From assembly GCA_965637545.1 (NCBI GenBank), contig OZ281501.1, positions 6,324,001 through 6,388,000 of the forward strand: a DNA stretch of 64,000 bases, read 5' to 3'. Position 1 is the stretch's first letter. The number at the start of each line of letters is the position of its first letter. The notes beneath the pieces are model-generated. The model was not told the origin of the DNA. It did not search any database and saw only the letters and a program-made list of their open reading frames with translations. This stretch comes from Phallusia mammillata (Eukaryota). A program made the translations under genes and the position numbers. Positions 56,781 through 64,000 of this stretch are shown piece by piece.

Positions 56781-59689
56781 TTAAACGTATGAGCTACTTG
56801 ATGAATAATTGTCCCTGCGTGATTGGACAAAACTTATTTTGCAAGGGCAAATCTTGGGAGTTTTGAAAAGGATTAGTTCCTGGAAAGTGTTTGGAATTTT
56901 TGTGTATTATTTTCTCCATTTTTTGACAGCATTGTTAATAAACTCCGGAAACAAGAGTTGTAATGCCGAATATGCTAATGATCGGAATAATGACAAATTA
57001 AACAATGTCAAATTGACACAACGCACTAAATTGTATTTTAATCCTCAGATAGAGGATATACACTGCGTTTTGCGTGTTAAACATGCGTTTTATTCGACAC
57101 AATGGCATGTCTGCTTTACAAAATTATCGTATTCTTTCTGCATATACTTTCAAGCCCTTTGTCCCAACACTTTGAAAAATGCTTAGAAAAATAAAAACTA
57201 TTTATATCTTCTTCCAATGCAACAACAGCAAATGACTATATTTACACAAACATTGAATTGCCGCGGTCGGCAGGTGCTGACTTTTCGATCTAATTTCGGA
57301 AGCATTACTACTGCTGCTTATTTTCCTCTTGTGAAGTATTTAAAGCGAAAATTTGTTTACACAACAAACATCATAAGGTGAGTCAGAATGAATGTTCCCT
57401 TTGCGAGAGGAAACCTGTGGTGGGCAAAATTCAAGACTAGCCTTTTTGTAATCAAAGTGTCTTCTTCTTGACCCAGTGCTGGTACCCAAAAACAATCTGA
57501 TAATTCCAAAATAGTGCATCAATAAACCAAATGCTAGCGCAAGATGTCACGAAAGAGCTCATTTATTTTTGTTCACATTTGTTTACAATGTTTTGTCTCG
57601 TGCTGTTTGGAGATTGATTTGTATGTTTGCTACCGAGTTACCTTTTAAGCACAACATTTATCGTCTACTCAATGCTTCAGGTGTTTGATCAACCTGTTTC
57701 TCTTGAAATTAATACTTATATTTTATGTATTGGTTTGCACTGGGTTTACAAGCTTTACAAACACATTGTGCTTAACGGGAACAAAAAATTCACAAACATT
57801 TACAGTACAACAGTGCTAACAATTCCAGTCTTAGAGCGTGTGCGCCATTGGCGGTCATTTTTTAACGATTCATTATCCGCTGGATTGCGGTATACTTTTT
57901 CATTGTTTGTGTAAAAACCCGCTGGTGTGTAGACTTAGGAATTTTCGATCGTCGGTTTTTAAATAGGTTTTTGTGGAATTTAGTATCCCATGTTAATCAT
58001 ACCGTGCAACTTTTGTTGTCAAGTTAACAGGTGTATGTCATGTTTATGGTAATGATTGTTACAATACGTACTTGACAAAACAAACATAGCTGTTAGTTCA
58101 AAACGTTAATTCAGTGATCTAGCAATGGTTTGTGTTGGCCAGACTAATAGCGTCTGGAAAACAATACAAAATTTGTAACTATTTGTTTTATACCAATGTG
58201 CTTAACTTCTGGAAAGCGGTTTTCACAAACAAATCTGAACATAATCCGCTGAGTGTCGCTACCGAGCAAACAATTTTTGTGTGAACACGATGTTTCAGAC
58301 GAAAGAAGTGGTCATCGAACCTCAAAAAAGTGCGTAATGTGTAGCCTATATTTTCACACGAAAAAACACCAAACAAGAAAAATGTAACAAATTGACATGA
58401 AAATTATATTTTCATTTTTCATAATCTTCCTTCACATTTGCTATGGAAATTCTCAGTTTATCTCATTATAGTGAACTCAATTTTCTTGTTTATGTCGTAC
58501 ACAATATTAATGAACTAAATGACTAATCACAATGGGCAAGGTTTCAAGATTTCCGCCGTATTGGTATTTAAAAACTTTTCTCGTTTTATTGATTTTTCGA
58601 ATCTGTCTTTCCATTCTTCTTGACTAACCCACCAATCACCGTTACCTTATTAAATGACAAAGGTGTCCACAATTCAGTCATTTCTTAATGCTGGACAGCA
58701 TAGACCAACATGGACGTTCAGTGGTAACCACGAAACTCTTCAAAATTGTTTTTTCATCAAACATTACCCTCATTTTGATTCTCTGCACCGACTCCTAAGG
58801 CTTGCGTGACTGCGGACGCCTTCCCATACGGGCACATAATAAATCTGTAGTGTTAGTATTGACACAAGACATAATCACAGGCGTGCGCAAATACGATCAA
58901 AGTGCCATAAACCGCTACCAGTAGCGCATGTATGAATATCTGACCGGGTTGGAAAATGACTTACGATCACTTATTCGGGTTTCATATTTTCGAAATTGTA
59001 TTTTCCAGTGAAGTGAACTTTGACCAATCACAGCGAGGTATCTTCTGTATGTAAGATTTTTTTGGAAAATAAAGATTGGTACCTCTTTACAGGTTTATTT
59101 ATTGAGTTACCAGCATTTTACGATAAATCATTTCAAAAAGCCAAACTTGACAACGTATTTTGTACAAAGCATACCGGTTTAATCACAGGAGACTGAAAAC
59201 TAATGATGCCTATTATACTTATTACAATAATATATATCTACATAAAAAACGATGGATGTCTTCAGACTCTTCAGACAAGTTTTCAGTCTGTTATTATATG
59301 CGAATGTTGTCTCCATCTCTCGTACTGAGTCTCTGGTGACTCGTGATTTATGCTATCAGAAGAACGGGGAAATATTGTTTAGGGGGAACGTTCTATGCGT
59401 GTATAAATACTACTTTCAGACCGCTCTAGACCACAATACTGATTGGAAATATACCCTCGCGTTGCGTTGCCCGTTTAAACATGTTCAGTTAATCCCGAAT
59501 TGAGAGGGACACGCATAAATCAGTGTTACATGATTGCCGCTAGACGGCCGAAGCAGTCGGCGACATCTAAACAATAGCGACGCCGCTCCACTTGTCCCGT
59601 GCCATAAACGCCCCGATCGATATGACCAGTTGCTTAGCGATGCTGACAACCATACCTTGTAAGCGTGATGGATGGGACCTGCACGTGGA

Positions 59690-59730
59690 CTGGTAGTCGC
59701 TATGACGTCACGCGTGTGATGACGTCATTG
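59690..59730. promoter_or_regulatory. Paired CRE-like motifs in a CpG-rich island
   Basis: GTCGCTATGACGTCA at 59696-59710 and TGACGTCA at 59720. Confidence 0.35.
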
Positions 59731-61302
59731 TTTGTGGGGGCTCTGAGTTGCGGTTTATCCGAGTTTTGTGTGCAAACGATTGTGTACAAATGTGTCTGAG
59801 ACAATAGAGTTTTGTAAATTGTAAACATGTCTTGATATTTGTTGAGCAAATTGACATTTCGTGCAAGAAATTAGCCGTCAATATTTATACGATCTTGAAT
59901 TTAAATGCACGTAAAATGATAAGCAATAGGTTAATCAAAAAGCTTGCAACAGGAGACGTATATTTGTTTAATAACCCATAGCCTTTGCTGTCGATTTCAA
60001 CTGGAGTCCGCCATTTTGAAGTCACAAGTAACACTTCTTTACTATAAGCATTGAAGATTTGTTATTGCCGCTTGATATAGAAATTCATCTCGTACTCTTT
60101 CCTCTGCTTGGGATAATCCGCAATGAAGTTTGAGCCACTGCTTGTCGTCGTATGATTTGTGGGCGTCAAGCGACATAATCTCATTATCCTGGTTTCCAGT
60201 AAGCCCTACATTGCAGAGATAGTCATAGGTGCGCGCTAGCAACTCTCAAAAGTGTCGTTTTCGCTCCGGGTGGCCTCCGTTGCCCACAACAATCCTCTGA
60301 ATCGCTTCAGTCTACCGGCAACAGTATTTAAATGTGTCGCTTTGCTAAGAGCTGCGTGATCAGATTTTCGATAATCTACTGTGTTGAAACAAGTCGACTT
60401 CAAAACCATGTAAACATTGTAGAGGTCGTTCGCTCAGTTTGCAGGCGCCCAAGCCCAATCTCAGCGCCAACGTTTAAGTGGTTGGCTCTGTGGTTTAAGA
60501 AATCCTGTCGCCACCTATTTTTGCCCGATTAAGAAAGGTATCGCACCTCTTTAATAAGTCAGTGGCTGGTTAATTGCTGTTTTACAGACTTTGCTGCGGG
60601 GAGATTTTCCAATAGCGCATTAAACTTTAAATTTAGTCCACAATTTTCAATCCTGATTTATTTATATCGGTACATAACATACAAATAATGTTTAAAACGC
60701 AAATCTACTTATATTTTTGCACCAAGCATTAACTTACAAATGGCAGTTATCTTAAATGCATATTTTACACCAGCTTATTTTGCATGTATTTCAACTTGCG
60801 GTTGCAATCGCGAGACCACACAAAAACACATTTTCTCAAAAAGATTTTTCACCCTATGAAAACCCTGAAGGGTGTCCGTCAAGTTGATCAAACTTGGCTA
60901 CCTGGTCCTGATATGTAACGTACTCAATCTGGGCTTGCATTGTTTACAAACATTCCACTGGCAGCTCTCAGCCGGTTAATCCTTCCAGCGGCTCTGCAGT
61001 CATCTCCACAAGAACTACCGGAGCGTAATCGCTTTGCTTCTTGCTCGCCGCACTACCGTTGATTTTCAAGGCAAACTAGAAAGTGAAATTGGAGATCTAG
61101 CGGTAAAGGTTGTACAGGCTTTTGTGGGTCATGGGGTTCAGTAGCTGAGTTTAGGTCATGTAGTTGAGGGGCAATTAGCCAACTGAAGACTATATGTTTA
61201 ATAAATATTTCGTTAAATTCTCCACAAAACAGGTAAGTAGGTATTAAAACCTGAATATGTAAAGGTAAATGCGTTTTATTCGAAAATACCAGCAACCACC
61301 TT

Positions 61303-61349
61303 TGGCAAAGGATACAGTAAATACATCTGGCAAAGGATACAGTAAATAC
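61303..61349. repeat. Tandem duplication, 25-bp period
   Basis: TGGCAAAGGATACAGTAAATAC occurs twice, separated by ATC. Confidence 0.9.
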
Positions 61350-64000
61350 CGATATTTTGGCGGACGCTGATAGACTATAGCATTTTGCTAAGCGAGATAA
61401 GAGCCAGTGTCAGTCGCAAAAAAAAGAGAGTTGGTCAATTGTCGGCGACATGAAAAGAAATCGGCTATTTGCCTTGGTCGTTTCGGGCGTCTAATATTGT
61501 GTGAACGTTTGCTTGGTGTGGGTTTGCAGGTGGCGCTGTGACTGTGAATTGTGGTAAGCGTGTATTGCACATAATTCGGCACTTTGCCATTATCTTCAAT
61601 CGCCTACAAACATCTGTTTAAGTGCAATTTTGAAATAGCGTGCGCTGGGTAGCAATCAGTCTCGTTCGAAAACCTGCTTTAATTCGGACCCAATTCAGGA
61701 AGTTTGAACAGTTCAGGTTCAACGTTGAATTGCGACCAGTTAAGGTGTCGCGGATTAAAGATGGTCAGGTCAGGGCGCACTTATAAGAGCACAATTCTTG
61801 TTTCTGATCCCAAACCTCTTTAGTGGACCGGAGCTGGTCGAGGTTGGCAGTTTTGTCTTGCACGGTTCGATAATGCTAAAAAGCGAAAGAAAAAGCGCGC
61901 GATTTTTGAGGCGCTACCGATGGTTATACGGCACACTCGACGCTCAAGCACCAATGAAGCTGAAATTCAATCCGACTTATGAGGGCCGCAGCGTAGTGAT
62001 TGATCGTTGAAGTGACTGATTTGAGACATCGGCTCTTGTGATAGATTTTTTGCCGATTTTCAGGTGCACACTTCCCGCCGAAAGTCCGAAATAGCTTGGA
62101 GCGCTATGTAAAGCGATTGGCAAAGTGAGGTATTTGCTTTTTCGCTCTTGTTTATGCAGAAACAGAGCAGACTGGAGCAGAAGCGTAGCAAGAGACTGGC
62201 GCGCATAGAACGCCTCCTAAGATTTAAGTCCAAATTATGCATTGATGGATGATTGTAACTACTGTTTTTTGCGCTAAATTCGGGCATAGGGTGTTGAGAG
62301 CTGACGAGAGTGGATTAGTTTTGTTTGTTTTCGTCGATATGGTATAGTGAACACGTGGTGATTACAATGCAAAATTGCGCCAAAGGTATTTTTAGCCCCA
62401 AATATTGGCATTGAACATTGTTACCTTCAGCCTTTATAATACAAGCGGTTGCTTTAACCTCAGTATGGAAATAATCGTATACCACGTTGGGGCAAAACGA
62501 TCAACATTGTTTTCCGGTAATCGCTAGCTGTCGATCACCTAATTCCGCCTGCCAATTTACCACCAGCTAATGTAATGCTCGAGATTGTCGACTAAACCCT
62601 TTTACGGTGGCTCGCCCGGTAGCGTATAGGTTGGGAGCATAGTAGGGTTTACCCACTTGCTTATTCCCATGATATGTGGTTGTTTTCGCTCAGACAGGTA
62701 GCTGCGCTTTCACTTCGTGTCCCAGCGATCGACAAATGCATTGACCCATATGACCGAGGTGCAAAACGACCGTGAAGCCTTGTGGTTTTTGTGGGTATTG
62801 TTCGAATAGATGCCTCTTTGTTGCTTGGCTATAAGGATAGCCGGTTTCCTGCCATCGAAACACGGATAAAAGTGACAGGGAGTCGGTATATTTCCGGACG
62901 CAGGGGCTCTTGACATTCTGGCAACGAGACTTGTAGTTTGTGTTTCCAAGCGCCCAACGATTCGAGTTACACTTGTCCGATGATTCGTGCAAAGTAGCAC
63001 TTGCCATCCGCCACACCTACGCTGTTATAACCAGTGACCAACGCTATTTCCCACCATTAAGCCTAAGCCAACGTCAGCCTTTAAGTGGGCAATTTCTTAA
63101 GGCGCGTTGCTTTCTCCATTGCGCACGACTTGTGTTTTTTTTCAAGTGCATTGCATTTTGCAACAACAACGCCGACTTTGATTTCGCCCCATCGACATTT
63201 GGCGTTGCCCCGTTTGCGGTTTACTTTCATCTTGCTTCGTCGTTCTGGTATAGCACAGTTAAGCTAAACAGCGTTTGTCCCCGCAGGTGCCAAATCAAAG
63301 CGCCTGTCGCTAAGAGAAAGGCCCACCAAATACACTCATGCCAGCATGCTTTAGGAACGCCGCTGTCAAGCTTCTTCAATCGCTAATAGTGCTCCTGGGA
63401 GCGCTACCTCAAGAGTCGGTACAACTTAGCACATGAGGTAAAAACAATTACCGATCCTTAAAGGTAGGTAATTGACCCACCTTACCGACCATTTACGCTA
63501 CCCTCGCATGTGTTTGTTTTAATATCGCCCATCCAATTGCAACATGTTTCAGATCGCTATCACCCCTCGGCTCGTTTAGCTGACGGGCCCTCTTATCATC
63601 CCGGACAGGGCGTCTTTTCCGGCTGCAAAGCAAGGCTGTGGGAAGTCCTAAAATTGCGCGAGGCATCCTGTAATTGCCGGCAAATTGTTCGTAGCGCGGG
63701 CCCTTATCGATCGCAAGTCGAAATATAATGAATTAAGTCAACAAACACAACTTTCGACTTTGTGCGCCAAATCCAATACAAAGCTTCGCCCGTCACATAT
63801 GACACAAAAATTCGCATCACCTATCTTTCACAACGCGATAGCTGGTCGCACTTGCTTCATACCGAGGCGGAGGGCACAGCCGTGTAATTGCCAGTTTGTC
63901 ATTTGATCGTTCTGTCGATAGAAACTGAAGTTGACTTTTGTGTATACAGCTTGACCTAACAGACGAGACCTCTGTTCCGTTTTAACATTAGAAAGGGACG

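Noticed and set aside
61530-61590. Hairpin containing the miR-92-family seed TATTGCAC
   Set aside because: Stem is bulged and the putative mature sequence starts inside a loop too small for a canonical pre-miRNA.
61830-62260. Basic peptides (AKKRKKKR…, RLEQKRSKRLARIERLL) with nearby splice-like sites
   Set aside because: Frames close within about 50 codons, the implied intron is only 35 nt, and no family is recognised.
62940-63386. 148-aa ORF
   Set aside because: GC-rich non-coding island with no domain or splice support.
1-64000. CRISPR arrays, prokaryotic operons, rRNA or snRNA genes, intact transposase or reverse transcriptase
   Set aside because: None seen; the window is spliced eukaryotic DNA without repeat-spacer arrays or such ORFs.

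Overview
AT-rich, intron-rich animal DNA, most likely an ascidian tunicate. That assignment is inferred from compact GT-AG genes, an exact copy of the Ciona-type 16-nt spliced leader and abundant hAT MITEs. Three protein-coding genes were reconstructed by hand from splice signals and phase continuity. (1) The last coding exon of a protein phosphatase 1 catalytic subunit (PP1-beta-like, +, 341-442). (2) A complete 15-exon SPATS2/SPATS2L-family gene (+, 6471-21185, about 698 aa) with a long RGG-rich tail. (3) A convergent TSPEAR gene (-, 24336 to at least 40705; probable signal-peptide exon at 48645-48732, giving 14 exons and about 664 aa) with a laminin-G/TSP-N domain, EAR/EPTP repeats and a probable GC-AG intron. 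Introns hold at least six non-autonomous hAT elements with 8-bp target-site duplications, a pair of pogo/Tigger-like MITEs and a tRNA-derived SINE. From about 49.5 kb to the end I found no convincing coding exon, only CpG-rich motif-dense islands that look like developmental enhancers. Best leads: an orphan spliced-leader exon plus donor inside a SPATS2 intron, a possible small antisense two-exon gene at the SPATS2 3' end, an NF-kB motif cluster, a sharp CpG-depletion boundary inside SPATS2, and the regulatory desert. Coordinates were counted by hand and protein identities come from recalled family sequences, not database searches.
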